DNA of 64,000 bases. Origin: a virus. Positions 17,796 through 26,950 of the stretch are shown here, in pieces. Within the stretch, counting starts at the first letter, position 1, and each line of letters opens with the position of its first letter. Under the pieces are notes generated by a model. The model saw only the letters and a list, made by a program, of their open reading frames with translations. It was not told the origin of the DNA and did no database searches. The translations under genes were made by a program, and so were the position numbers. The stretch is from the IMG/VR virus record IMGVR_UViG_3300048999_000191. One strand, given 5' to 3'.

Positions 17796-18482
17796 TCAGA
17801 CTCCGGCCTCCTGACGGCGCCGCTGGGCGTCCAGGAACACCCAGACGTCCTGGTTGTGCCGGGCGTCGGCCAGCGCGTCGTGCTTGGCGGCCTCCTGCTT
17901 CGGAAGGTCGGCCCACGACACGCCGATGTCGTGCGCGAAGTGCTGGAGGTCGTGGGTGAACATCGGCAGGTGCTTCGGCCGCGCCATCATCGGGCCCCAG
18001 AGCTGCATCAGGCCCACGTGGTCGTAGGCGCCGTAGTTCGCCCACAGCTCGACGTCGCCGACGTCGTCCATCTCGTCGTCGTGCATGCCGTGGTCGAGCC
18101 GGTTCAGGAAGTAGTTCCGGACCTCATTCGCGATCACCCACTTGGGCTTCACGTCCCGGTCGGTCAGGTTCAGCTCCCAGTCCAGGCAGGTGCCACGATG
18201 GATGGACCGGCCCGAGTCGGGCTCGAAGTACGGCTGCCGCTTGCTCATGGCGGCCTTCTCCAGCTGCTGAGCCACCTTGTGGTCGTCGAGCAGCGGCAAG
18301 TGCTTGATCACCTCCTTGGCCAGGAAGTCGTGCTCGGAGATCCGTCGGTGCAGGTCCTCGTCGGTCTGGATGTCCGAGTTGATCGCGTAGTACTCGTTGC
18401 CGTCGTCGGAGATGATGCCGATCGAGATCAGCTCGATGGTGACGCCGTTCTCCAGAAATTCAAGATCGTAAAAGTGCTTCAT
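17796..18482 (-). CDS. DEDDh 3'-5' exo(ribo)nuclease, RNase AS/Rv2179c-like
   Basis: FYDLEFLE.G.TIELISIG, LWANYGAYDHV.L.QLWG.M, HDALADARH. Confidence 0.88.
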   Translation of the reverse strand: MKHFYDLEFLENGVTIELISIGIISDDGNEYYAINSDIQTDEDLHRRISEHDFLAKEVIKHLPLLDDHKVAQQLEKAAMSKRQPYFEPDSGRSIHRGTCLDWELNLTDRDVKPKWVIANEVRNYFLNRLDHGMHDDEMDDVGDVELWANYGAYDHVGLMQLWGPMMARPKHLPMFTHDLQHFAHDIGVSWADLPKQEAAKHDALADARHNQDVWVFLDAQRRRQEAGV

Positions 18483-18510
18483 GAGGATTCCTCCTGTGCG
18501 GAAACGATGG

Positions 18511-18837
18511 TCACTCGACGACGTCCATAACGTCGAGCCCTTCGAACTTGGCGCGCAGCCGGGCGTAGGTCTTGCGCTCCCAGGCCTCGGTGCGATCGTG
18601 CTGCTTCCGACTCCACTCGGCGCGCTGCCTGCGCTCGGTCTCGGTGGGTTCGTCTTCCCACATGACCGTGGCCGCCGCCAGCTCGATGTTCCAGAAGTCG
18701 ATGTCCGGGTAATGCTCGTTGAAGTGGTTGAAGAACTCGCCCAGGGTCACCTTGCCCTTCATTCCCAGGCGGCACCTGATCTTGCCATCCGGGTCGTTGG
18801 TGGGCCACATCCGCTGGGCCTGGGGGTCGAAGTTCAT
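18511..18837 (-). CDS. Hypothetical protein
   Basis: MNFDPQAQ...YARLRAKFEG. Confidence 0.6.
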   Translation of the reverse strand: MNFDPQAQRMWPTNDPDGKIRCRLGMKGKVTLGEFFNHFNEHYPDIDFWNIELAAATVMWEDEPTETERRQRAEWSRKQHDRTEAWERKTYARLRAKFEGLDVMDVVE

Positions 18838-19160
18838 CGGCGTCTCCTCGCGCGCATGCGCCGGGTGTACTCCCGGCCGTTCGGGGTGGGGATCTTCGGA
18901 CGTTCGGCGACGGCCCAGTGCCCCCGGAAATCGGCGTGGCCGCAGCGGCAGCCCGCCGGGCCTACTCCGGAAAGGTCGTGGACGCCGCAGGGGCAGTAGA
19001 ACTCCACGCAGCAGCGGTGCTCGCAGACCATCCGGACCAGCGGGCCGTCGCTCGGCGCGCCGCAGCACCTGCGCGGTGGGACGATGTAGTCCTTGCCGCA
19101 CTCGTCGAACAGCTCGTGCCACAGGTCGCCCTTTGCCGAGCAGCCGCAGGGGAGCGTCAT
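18834..19160 (-). CDS. Cys-rich hypothetical protein
   Basis: Many Cys; ATGA overlaps on both sides. Confidence 0.55.
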   Translation of the reverse strand: MTLPCGCSAKGDLWHELFDECGKDYIVPPRRCCGAPSDGPLVRMVCEHRCCVEFYCPCGVHDLSGVGPAGCRCGHADFRGHWAVAERPKIPTPNGREYTRRMRARRRR

Positions 19161-19678
19161 CGGCCTCGCCTGGACCCGGTGAAGTCGGGGCAGGTGGGGT
19201 CGCCGCAGTCACTCGGGCCTTTGACGTGATGCCAGTCCGCGTCATCCGAGGACCAGACGTGCTCGACGCCCCTCGTGTCGATGTAGGGCGAGGTGGCGTA
19301 CCGAGCGTTTGTCTTGGCCACCTCGCCGGTCAGGGTCACGAAGGCGGGCATCTGGTGCAGCAGCCGGTGCAGGATGCGGTCGGCATTGTCCACGGCCACC
19401 TCGACCCCGGCCAGGTGCAGCCGGGACTGGATCGCGAACTGGTCCTGCTCGTAGACCAGCACCAGCTTGCGCAGGCCCGGCCCACCCTTCTGCTTGATCA
19501 GGCCGTCGATGGCGATCCCGGCCGGGTGGTTCTCGGTGAGGTGCAGCGCCTCGCGCTTGGTGTCGACGATGATGACCCGGCTCCAGGACGGCCACACGCT
19601 GATGGCATGCCCGCCGAGCACCCAGCGCAGCAGCTCGGTGGTCTTGCCCTCCTGACGCTCGGTGGCGAGGACCTTCAT
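19157..19678 (-). CDS. Small P-loop-like protein
   Basis: RQEGKTTELL and VAVDN motifs. Confidence 0.55.
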   Translation of the reverse strand: MKVLATERQEGKTTELLRWVLGGHAISVWPSWSRVIIVDTKREALHLTENHPAGIAIDGLIKQKGGPGLRKLVLVYEQDQFAIQSRLHLAGVEVAVDNADRILHRLLHQMPAFVTLTGEVAKTNARYATSPYIDTRGVEHVWSSDDADWHHVKGPSDCGDPTCPDFTGSRRGR

Positions 19679-19950
19679 CAGACAGAGTCCTTCACCGTGG
19701 AGTCGGCGACGGGGCTCTCCTGCTCGTCCTCGGGCTCGTTCGGGCCCTTGCCGTCGCCGGTGACCTTGAGCACCGCCGCGCGGATGCAGGACTTCCGGCA
19801 GGCGAACCACTCGCCGCCCGTCTCACCCTTGACGGTGGCCAGTTCGACCTTGCCGTGATAACCCTCGGGCCGAGTCCCCTTCTCGACGATCGCGGTGGCG
19901 TTGCAGCCGCCGCAGGTGAACTTGTCTGCCGTGATCTCTTCGCGGGCCAT
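19678..19950 (-). CDS. Small Zn-binding hypothetical protein
   Basis: CGGC...CRKSC. Confidence 0.6.
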   Translation of the reverse strand: MAREEITADKFTCGGCNATAIVEKGTRPEGYHGKVELATVKGETGGEWFACRKSCIRAAVLKVTGDGKGPNEPEDEQESPVADSTVKDSV

Positions 19951-19972
19951 GGGGTCCTTTCGGGGTTGGATA

Positions 19973-20005
19973 CTACCCAGAAGGGTAGGCTACTCGTTCG
20001 GGTAG
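19973..20005 (-). promoter_or_regulatory. Tandem pair of palindromic operators
   Basis: ctacccagaagggtag g ctactcgttcgggtag. Confidence 0.8.
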
Positions 20006-20014
20006 GGCAAGGGG

Positions 20015-20473
20015 CTACGGACGTCGATGGCGGTCGCGCTCCATGCCTCGGTGGATCTCCATCGCCAAGGCGCTTGCACGGTCGGCGCCGACATCGCCCA
20101 GCGCGATGATCGCGCTCTTGAGCTGCTCGTCGCGCTGCTGTTCGGCCGCGAGTGCATTGCCCGGCCTGCCGCGTCGGAGCAATTCGCGACCGGCGTTCAT
20201 CTTGGCCTCGATCCGCAGGAGCCGCTGTTCCTCGGTCTGGGCCGCGTCGATGCTGCGCGGGAACACGTACCGCAGGGCCTGCGAGTAACGCTCGAAGGGC
20301 ACCGGCTCCCGGCTGGCGTGCGCGGAGTTGTAAACCTCGTAGGAGATCGTCCCGCCCTTCATGATCATGAACAGCGCCAGCGCGTTGTGGTCCTGCCGGG
20401 TGGCCATGAGCAGGACGTACCGGCCTCGGGCGCGGTAGGTGAACAGATGGCGCAGAGGGTCGAGGATCTTCAT
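20015..20473 (-). CDS. Hypothetical protein
   Basis: MKILDPLRHLF; coupled. Confidence 0.55.
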   Translation of the reverse strand: MKILDPLRHLFTYRARGRYVLLMATRQDHNALALFMIMKGGTISYEVYNSAHASREPVPFERYSQALRYVFPRSIDAAQTEEQRLLRIEAKMNAGRELLRRGRPGNALAAEQQRDEQLKSAIIALGDVGADRASALAMEIHRGMERDRHRRP

Positions 20474-21138
20474 CGCAACATCAGCTCCAGGGCCTTCTTC
20501 TCGGGGGCGGTGATGGTCAGGCCGAACTTGGCTTTCACGGTGATCCAGTTGCTCGCGTAGGTGTGCCAGTAGGACACCAGTGGCGGCTTCCAGCGATCGG
20601 GCGTCTTGTCGCCCTTCTCCTGGTTCAGGGTGTCGGTGACCGCGATCAGCTGCGGGTCGGTGAGGTCGTTGGCGAAGGCGATCCGACGATCCGGGGTCCA
20701 GGCCCAGGCTCCGGAGGCCCAGGCCTCGCCGAGCGGGACCACATGGTCGATGTCGACCTCGGAGGCCCGCGTCCAGAGCTTGTCGTCGTAGGGACTGCGC
20801 CAGGACCCGGCGACCGGACGGCATTGAGCGTCGGTCCGGACCCCGAGACCTTGATCTCGCAGCACGGTCTCGCGGGTGTCGCAACCGTGGCCCTGACTGG
20901 CCCAGCCTCGGCCGAATTTGGCCCGCTCGTACTTCCCGGCTGGGTGGGGTGTCTCGACGTGCAGGGCGCCGAGCTGGGCGTGGATGGCGTCCTCGCCACC
21001 GGCCGGGACCGGGGCGACCGCCGCGCTCGATGGGTCGGCAAGCTGTCTCGCCGAGCCCATGCAGCCGGTGAGACCGGCGATGGCGATCGCGAGAGCGGCC
21101 AGGGTAAGTCCGGCCCGCCGCAGGTAGGAGGTGGTCAT
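20470..21138 (-). CDS. Lipoprotein HNH-family (DUF1524) nuclease
   Basis: Lipobox LTGC; GCDTRE.VL, DIDHVVPL.EAW.SGA..W, FANDL, N..KGDK.P..W.P. Confidence 0.85.
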   Translation of the reverse strand: MTTSYLRRAGLTLAALAIAIAGLTGCMGSARQLADPSSAAVAPVPAGGEDAIHAQLGALHVETPHPAGKYERAKFGRGWASQGHGCDTRETVLRDQGLGVRTDAQCRPVAGSWRSPYDDKLWTRASEVDIDHVVPLGEAWASGAWAWTPDRRIAFANDLTDPQLIAVTDTLNQEKGDKTPDRWKPPLVSYWHTYASNWITVKAKFGLTITAPEKKALELMLR

Positions 21139-21143
21139 GGGTC

Positions 21144-21725
21144 TCAGCGCCTCTTCTCGGTCTTGCGATTGCCGCTCCAGCTGCGACGCCCGCGTTGAGC
21201 GGGTTTGCGCTTCACCAGCGGCTCGGTGGGCTTCGGGTTCTTTCTCGTGCTCGTCAGGACCTTCCGCCTGATCTTCTCCGGCGGCCGGGGCGGCTCGGTC
21301 TCCAGCAGGAAGTCCAGGTTCTCGGCGACAGCCTGCGCAGTCAGCCAGTCCTTGGCCTCTTCGGCCTCGGCGCCCAGGGCGTAGAAATGGTTCACCCGGT
21401 CCTGCCACTCGACGTGGACCCGCCGGACCTCGGCCTCGCCTTGCAGCTGAGCCGCGCCCTCTTGAGCCAGGATCTTGCTGCGGTAGGTCCCCTCATCCAT
21501 CAGCAAGGGCCGAGACTCATCTCGTCGGAGGAGGTCACCGGCGGCCAGCAACACCAGGGCCACTGGCCACACCAGCGAGAGCAACGTGGTTAGGAACCAG
21601 GCACGGCCGCGCAGACGGATCTCCAGGGCTCGGCGAGTGGAGCTACCGATCTGGGCGTAACTGATCACGAGCTTGACGCAGGCGAGAGCCATGAATAGGC
21701 CTAAGGCGAAGCCGATGATCGTCAT
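21144..21725 (-). CDS. Membrane protein
   Basis: Two N-terminal hydrophobic helices; promoter and RBS hairpin upstream. Confidence 0.65.
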   Translation of the reverse strand: MTIIGFALGLFMALACVKLVISYAQIGSSTRRALEIRLRGRAWFLTTLLSLVWPVALVLLAAGDLLRRDESRPLLMDEGTYRSKILAQEGAAQLQGEAEVRRVHVEWQDRVNHFYALGAEAEEAKDWLTAQAVAENLDFLLETEPPRPPEKIRRKVLTSTRKNPKPTEPLVKRKPAQRGRRSWSGNRKTEKRR

Positions 21726-21767
21726 GCGCTGCCTCCGATGCGGCTTGGTCTCGTTGAGTCGACAATA

Positions 21768-21783
21768 CTACCCGAATGGGTAG
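21768..21783 (-). promoter_or_regulatory. Palindromic operator in promoter
   Basis: ctacccgaatgggtag; TTGCGC-17-TATTGT. Confidence 0.85.
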
Positions 21784-21865
21784 GGCGCAAGCGGGGTTTG
21801 ATCTCGATCGGTTCTCGTGCGGTTATCGCGAGATTCCGGGGTAAGTGAGTGAGACCGTTATCAAC

Positions 21866-21917
21866 GCCAGAAGCCCCCAACCACATCCTCGGAGAGGTGT
21901 GATCGGGGGCTTCTGGT
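21866..21917. terminator. Long hairpin / terminator
   Basis: CCAGAAGCCCCC/GGGGGCTTCTGG. Confidence 0.6.
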
Positions 21918-22033
21918 GCAATCGGTGACCGGTTCCAACCCGGACCGCTGGCCCGACCTACAACCTGATCTCCGACTGCTTCACCACCATATCAGAACGG
22001 GTAGTACATCCGTCCACCCGGCGATCGTCACAA

Positions 22034-22192
22034 TCATCCGCCCGTCATGACATCTCGCGCGAGCGCGAGAAGCTCGTCCACCTCGGTCTCGGCACCCTCG
22101 TGGGTAGCCCAGGCGTCATACTGGCTCGCCCGCGCGCTGACGCTGTAGCGCCGGATCTCCGGATCGAAGTAAACCTCGATCAGTCGCTCCAT
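22034..22192 (-). CDS. Small hypothetical protein (52 aa)
   Basis: MERLIEVYFDPEIRRYSV; coupled. Confidence 0.5.
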   Translation of the reverse strand: MERLIEVYFDPEIRRYSVSARASQYDAWATHEGAETEVDELLALARDVMTGG

Positions 22193-22347
22193 CATCCGAA
22201 CCAGCTCCCGATCCAGTAGGCGATGTCGTGCACGCGGTTGGCCGCGTCCTGCGGGTTGATCACGACGTACACGATCAGGCCGAGGATGATCAGGCGCTTG
22301 AAGAAGGCCCCGGTGCTGATCTTGCGCTTGCTCTCGGTGGTCTTCAT
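22192..22347 (-). CDS. Small membrane protein
   Basis: MKTTESKRK...LIILGLIVYVVINP. Confidence 0.55.
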   Translation of the reverse strand: MKTTESKRKISTGAFFKRLIILGLIVYVVINPQDAANRVHDIAYWIGSWFG

Positions 22348-22724
22348 CACCGCTCCCCTCGCTTCCAGACGGCCAGCCTGACGAGTCCCACCTTCTCGCA
22401 GGCGGAGATGGGATCGTTGTCCCATGAGACGGTGGGGGCGTCCGGGACCGTGTAGTCGGTGATCTCGATGCCGGTGGCCACCCGGCGCTCGGTGAGCCGG
22501 GGGCCGGTCACCAGCCGAAAGTCGAACTCCTCGGTGGGTGTCCCCCAGTACCGGCAGACGCCCACGCAGAAGGGGTGACGGCCGATGTCCCGGATAACGT
22601 CGCCCTCCGGGTCGTGCTCGATCAGGGGCTTGCCGTCCGGGTGGTGGTGGTAGCCCAGCTGGCAGCCGCAGGGGACCGGGATCTCGCCCTCCAGTCTCAT
22701 GTGCGGCTGCGTCGGGACGGTCAT
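22347..22724 (-). CDS. Hypothetical protein
   Basis: 125 aa, coupled. Confidence 0.55.
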   Translation of the reverse strand: MTVPTQPHMRLEGEIPVPCGCQLGYHHHPDGKPLIEHDPEGDVIRDIGRHPFCVGVCRYWGTPTEEFDFRLVTGPRLTERRVATGIEITDYTVPDAPTVSWDNDPISACEKVGLVRLAVWKRGER

Positions 22725-23452
22725 CGCAGGCGCACCTCCAGCGGCCAGAAGTCGTCTCCAAGGTCACCGAGGAGGCCGTGCGGACGATCGAAGTCCGGTC
22801 CGAGCATCAGCTTCTCTGTGACGATTCGAGAGGTCCTCCCGAGCACCAGGAACCCGGAGAACTGGTTGAGCAGCCCCTGGGGCATGTGGACCTTGTAGAA
22901 GTAGCCCTGCCGGATGTTCGCCAGCACGTGGATCCGCCCGGCCCGGCCGACCTGGAGCAGGCGCTGGAGTCCGTTCAGGAGGCTCTTCCCCGCCTCGCTC
23001 GGGTCGTAACTCGCGGGCAGCGTGGCGAGTTCGAGGATGTCGTGCAGCTCCGGAACCGTCACCAGCATCGGCGCGATGTCCTCGCCCTGCTCGATACGCG
23101 CGGCGCGCTCCACCGCGATCAGGTTGAGCCGCGTCACCTGCGTCGCGCAGCTGGACAGCGAGATGTGCCACCACGGCGGTCGCTCGTGCGCTCCGTGGTA
23201 CTCCTCGTCCCACCAGACCTTCGGGTCCAGCTGGATGCGCTCGCTGTCGTGCTTACGGGCCACCAGCCGGACCAGGTTCTCTCCGGCGCCGTAGGATTCC
23301 CGCTCGATCACGAGCATGTGCGCACGCTCCTGCCACGCCCAGACGGCCTCCAGGCCGTTCTCGTACCGGCCCAGGGGGATGCCCGGTGTCATGCTGTGCC
23401 GGAGTCGGATGCGGGGGAGCCGATTCAGAGTCCGGAGCCTGCTGAAGATCAC
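22721..23452 (-). CDS. Degenerate FtsK/SpoIIIE-like domain protein
   Basis: HMLVI...(no GKS), MLVTVPEL (Walker B-like), LLQVGRAGRIHVL. Confidence 0.5.
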   Translation of the reverse strand: MIFSRLRTLNRLPRIRLRHSMTPGIPLGRYENGLEAVWAWQERAHMLVIERESYGAGENLVRLVARKHDSERIQLDPKVWWDEEYHGAHERPPWWHISLSSCATQVTRLNLIAVERAARIEQGEDIAPMLVTVPELHDILELATLPASYDPSEAGKSLLNGLQRLLQVGRAGRIHVLANIRQGYFYKVHMPQGLLNQFSGFLVLGRTSRIVTEKLMLGPDFDRPHGLLGDLGDDFWPLEVRLR

Positions 23453-23784
23453 TGAACCTCCTCAAGCCACTCGGGCGGCGGTGAGACGGGGAACGAGACG
23501 TTGCGCAGCTCGATCCGCTCGCCCAGCTCGGGGACAGGCGTGGGCTCGTCGAACTCGGCCATGAACCTCAGGCCGATGAGGCTGGCCACGTTCGCCTCGC
23601 TGAAGCCCTCCGGCTCCCACCCCATGAACTCCATGAGGCAGTCGCCGGAGGTCAGGAACGCCCGGCGCGTCTCCCAGCCGAGCGCGGTGACCCAGACGTG
23701 CACCCGGGAATGGTCCTCGCAGTCCAGCGGCATGGGGTCCAGCTCGGCGTCGAGGATGCGGATGACCGAGCGCATCAGGACCAC
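23449..23784 (-). CDS. Hypothetical protein
   Basis: 111 aa. Confidence 0.55.
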   Translation of the reverse strand: MVLMRSVIRILDAELDPMPLDCEDHSRVHVWVTALGWETRRAFLTSGDCLMEFMGWEPEGFSEANVASLIGLRFMAEFDEPTPVPELGERIELRNVSFPVSPPPEWLEEVQ

Positions 23785-24143
23785 TCTCCGTACGAGACTT
23801 CGTCCGGCCCGGCCGGGGCGAAACCCTCGTAGCGGTCGCTCGGGCGATCCAGGTCACGCTGCGCCTCGACCTCGCGGAAGAACTCCTCGACCGAGTACGT
23901 GATGCCGTACTCGTCCTCGATCCGGCCCTCGGCGTAGGTGACCTCGGCCGTCAGGAACTCGCGCCAGGTCTGCGCGTCGAACAGGCCCCGGGGGACGCCC
24001 GGGACGTCGTCGCCGTTGAAGCCCTGCCAGACGAAGACGGAACCGGCGGAACGCCTGCCGATGTGGACCTCGGCCTCGCGACCGGGCTTGCCGCACTCGC
24101 CGCAGTTCTGCGGGTCGCGGCGCAGGTAGAAGTTCATGGACAC
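23775..24143 (-). CDS. Hypothetical phage protein
   Basis: MNFYL..C..C..HIGRRSAG..F...I.DEYG; promoter and RBS hairpin. Confidence 0.7.
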   Translation of the reverse strand: MSMNFYLRRDPQNCGECGKPGREAEVHIGRRSAGSVFVWQGFNGDDVPGVPRGLFDAQTWREFLTAEVTYAEGRIEDEYGITYSVEEFFREVEAQRDLDRPSDRYEGFAPAGPDEVSYGEWS

Positions 24144-24183
24144 AGTGATCTCCTCCAGTGCGGGGTTACTGCCCGTGGGGATA

Positions 24184-24199
24184 GTACCCGATTGGGTAG
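24184..24199 (-). promoter_or_regulatory. Palindromic operator in promoter
   Basis: gggata-gtacccgattgggtag-tatccc. Confidence 0.8.
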
Positions 24200-24496
24200 T
24201 ATCCCGCAAGCCTCAGCGGCGGCGGTTCAGCTCGTCCTCGACCTCGCCGATGACCTGGTCCTGGAAGGCCCGGACCTGGTTCGCCAGCGGCGCCGTCTCC
24301 GCGCGCTCGACGGCGCTGGCCGCGCGCACCTGGACCTCGTAGCAGCCCTTGACGCGGCACGACGTCACGACCTTGCGGCCCATGTCCGACGGGAACTCCA
24401 TCCCGCTGAAGTCGTGCTCGTGCTCGCCGGGCCCCGCCGATGCGGCCTCGCGCGCCGGGAAGATCCAGGCCTTGAGCTTCTCGATCGGGTTCATGA

Positions 24497-24829
24497 TCAC
24501 TCCTCGTTGGATTCCACCAGCTGCTCGTGACATCGGCAGCAGGTCCTGGGACGCCCCTCGTTGTCGAAGGCGTCGTCGCTGTTGAAGATCGGCTGCGGGA
24601 CCTCGGTGGTCTCCCGCATGTCTGAGAGGCCGTTCTCGGCGGCCCAGATCTCGATCTCGGATTCCAGCACCGCACCGGCGCGCACGGGGCCGGTCGTGCT
24701 GGTGCCCATCGCCTCCAGGGTGCAGCGCGGGCAGTACTCCTCGGTGCGCCAGGCGTAGCCGACGATGTCGGTCGAGTGGCTGCTGTAGTTGTGGGTGAAG
24801 CCGGTTCCGTTGAAGGTCATGGTCAGCAC
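24497..24829 (-). CDS. Hypothetical protein
   Basis: YCPRC...CCRC. Confidence 0.6.
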   Translation of the reverse strand: MLTMTFNGTGFTHNYSSHSTDIVGYAWRTEEYCPRCTLEAMGTSTTGPVRAGAVLESEIEIWAAENGLSDMRETTEVPQPIFNSDDAFDNEGRPRTCCRCHEQLVESNEE

Positions 24830-25065
24830 TCCTCGGGGAGTTCGGCGCCGGAGGAAAGATCCTGCTCGGCGAAGGCAGCGGCGGCCAGCTCCTTCAGCTC
24901 GGCCAGGGTGATCCGGAGTTTCCAGAAGCCCTCGTGCTCGTAGCCTTCGGGCTGGTGCTCGGACCAGTCGCCGATCCGGATGCTCCTGCCCTGATCGTCC
25001 TCGATCTCAACGAACCGAGGACCTTCCGGACCGGGGTGACCATCGAAGATGATGTTGATGCTCAT
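24823..25065 (-). CDS. Hypothetical protein
   Basis: IIFDGHPGPEGPRFVEIEDDQGRSI.IG.W. Confidence 0.65.
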   Translation of the reverse strand: MSINIIFDGHPGPEGPRFVEIEDDQGRSIRIGDWSEHQPEGYEHEGFWKLRITLAELKELAAAAFAEQDLSSGAELPEEC

Positions 25066-25403
25066 GCGCCGTCCTCCTGCTCGTTGATCATGTCGTCCCA
25101 CAGGAGATCTTCGCGGATCTCGGAGATGTTGAGCGGCATGGGTGCGCCCTCGTTGAGCAGGCGGACCGCCTCGATCCCGATCGCCAACGACACCTCTTCG
25201 CCCAGGCAGCCCTCGAAGACCTCGCTGGTGATGGTGTCGAACCAGATGGATCGGTGCGTGTCGACAATCCGGCACCAGGGGTCTTGGAGGTGTGAGTAGC
25301 CCATGCCGTCGTTGCCGACCTGCCGGAGCTGGTACCGGCCCGTCAGGGCCCAGTCTGGGCAGCCCACAACGGCTGCCCAGGTCTGAGTCGCGGCGTCGAT
25401 CAT
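25062..25403 (-). CDS. Hypothetical protein
   Basis: MIDAATQTW; coupled. Confidence 0.55.
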   Translation of the reverse strand: MIDAATQTWAAVVGCPDWALTGRYQLRQVGNDGMGYSHLQDPWCRIVDTHRSIWFDTITSEVFEGCLGEEVSLAIGIEAVRLLNEGAPMPLNISEIREDLLWDDMINEQEDGA

Positions 25404-25405
25404 GA

Positions 25406-25771
25406 TCAGCCCCAGGTCACGCGACGATTGTGGGCGATCGCGTACTCCGCGAGCGTGCGCATCTCGGCGAGCTTGTCCTGGGTGTAGCCCGACCGGCGGC
25501 CGCCCTCGATCCAGCGCGGGTTGTCCAGGTCGGCCACCACCGGGCGGCCCTCGTCCTTCGGCGCGAGACCCAGGGCGATCAGCACGCGGCCGAGGAAGTC
25601 GTACCCCGTCGGGTAGTCGAAGTTCATGGGCAGGTTCCACGGGTCCGTCGGCAGGCCGAGGACCTCCAAGAGCGAGCCCGCGTTGCCGTTGTTGACGTTG
25701 ATGCCGGGCGAGGCCTCCCACACCGAGTCGTGGTCGAAGTTGGTGCACTCGACGTTGAAGTCGACGCTCAT
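25406..25771 (-). CDS. Hypothetical phage protein
   Basis: 121 aa; promoter and RBS hairpin. Confidence 0.7.
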   Translation of the reverse strand: MSVDFNVECTNFDHDSVWEASPGINVNNGNAGSLLEVLGLPTDPWNLPMNFDYPTGYDFLGRVLIALGLAPKDEGRPVVADLDNPRWIEGGRRSGYTQDKLAEMRTLAEYAIAHNRRVTWG

Positions 25772-25811
25772 GGTGGCCTCCAGTGCGGCTCAATTGGTGA
25801 TGTGATCCACC

Positions 25812-25827
25812 CTACCCGATCGGGTAG
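25812..25827 (-). promoter_or_regulatory. Palindromic operator in promoter (perfect palindrome)
   Basis: cacc-ctacccgatcgggtag-ggtg. Confidence 0.85.
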
Positions 25828-25935
25828 GGTGTTGGCAAGCGGGAGAGCCCGCGTCCGGCTCGCCCAAGCAGACGCGGGCTCTCGACCCCTGGGCCGCTGT
25901 TACAACAGCGGGCTGTCTCGGGTGAAGAAAGATCG

Positions 25936-26253
25936 TCAGACCGGGTAGATCTCGACCTCAGAGTCCATGAAGTACAGCCCGTGGTCATAGCTGGACCACG
26001 GCGGCAGATCCTGGGCGGAGCGCAGATCACTGCGGAACACCTCGACGAACGGATCTTCGGTAGCCACGCCTCGCTGAGGGACGGGGATGCCCAGCTCGCG
26101 GTAACCCTCGTCCGTGGCTCCGAGCTGACCAGAGCCGAAGTACTTGATCAGCCCCTTCTCGGACAGCGACTGGAACGTCCGGCCGTGCATCCCCTGCTGA
26201 CCATGCTCAATCAGCTCGTAGAGTGCGTTGCGTTGGACATGAGTGAGCGTCAT
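25936..26253 (-). CDS. Possible winged-helix protein
   Basis: RTFQSLSEKGLI...TDEGY. Confidence 0.55.
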   Translation of the reverse strand: MTLTHVQRNALYELIEHGQQGMHGRTFQSLSEKGLIKYFGSGQLGATDEGYRELGIPVPQRGVATEDPFVEVFRSDLRSAQDLPPWSSYDHGLYFMDSEVEIYPV

Positions 26254-26288
26254 TTCAACCTCCGGTGCGGCCTTTGATACCGCCGATA

Positions 26289-26304
26289 CTACCCGAACGG
26301 GTAG
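26289..26304 (-). promoter_or_regulatory. Palindromic operator in promoter
   Basis: ctacccgaacgggtag. Confidence 0.85.
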
Positions 26305-26381
26305 GGATGTGGCAAGGTCCATCTGCCAGATAGGCTGACGGGGTTCGAGCATCGCTCAGGAACCGAGGGGGCAGCGCCAGC

Positions 26382-26909
26382 ATGGTGAACCCGGAACGGG
26401 CGCTGGCCCTGACCGAGGCCGTGAAGCTCCACGCCGAGTCGTTCGGCGAAAGGCAGCCCGAGGAAGACCGGAACGCGGTGGTCGCCACGGCGCTCCGGTT
26501 CTACGCCTTCCTCACCGGCCCCGCGACGGCGTCAGTGGCCTTCGGCCCCATCGTGAAGCAGAACACCCTGGAACCCACCGGAAAGGCTGGTACCGCCATG
26601 GCCCAGATCCACGACGACGAAGAGTTCGACGTCGCCCTCGCCGCCGCCGACGCCAAGGGCGCCGAGGTCCTCGACCGCATCGGCGACACCACGGACGACC
26701 CGACCTTCGTCAGCTCGGACGAGGCCGTTTTCACCTACCGGACGTTCAACGAAGACCCGCGCAAGGCCACCGTGGTCGCGGGCCTGCCGGGCAAGGCCGT
26801 CGGCACCATCACCCTCGGCGAGCTGGAGATCACCCACGCGGTGGACGTCGTCGCCGGTGACGTCGCCACGGTGAACATCACCGAAGGCGAAGCCCGCAAG
26901 CAGGCCTGA
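26382..26909 (+). CDS. Hypothetical protein with beta-rich (Ig-like) C-terminal half
   Basis: Strong GC3 codon bias on + strand; followed by bidirectional hairpin. Confidence 0.7.
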   Translation: MVNPERALALTEAVKLHAESFGERQPEEDRNAVVATALRFYAFLTGPATASVAFGPIVKQNTLEPTGKAGTAMAQIHDDEEFDVALAAADAKGAEVLDRIGDTTDDPTFVSSDEAVFTYRTFNEDPRKATVVAGLPGKAVGTITLGELEITHAVDVVAGDVATVNITEGEARKQA

Positions 26910-26950
26910 TCGGCTACCCTGACCCGTGGGTTAGGGGCCCGCCTCAACGC

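Noticed and set aside
19157-19678. Terminase large subunit
   Set aside because: Only a short RQ.GKT-like P-loop protein; lacks the length and nuclease domain
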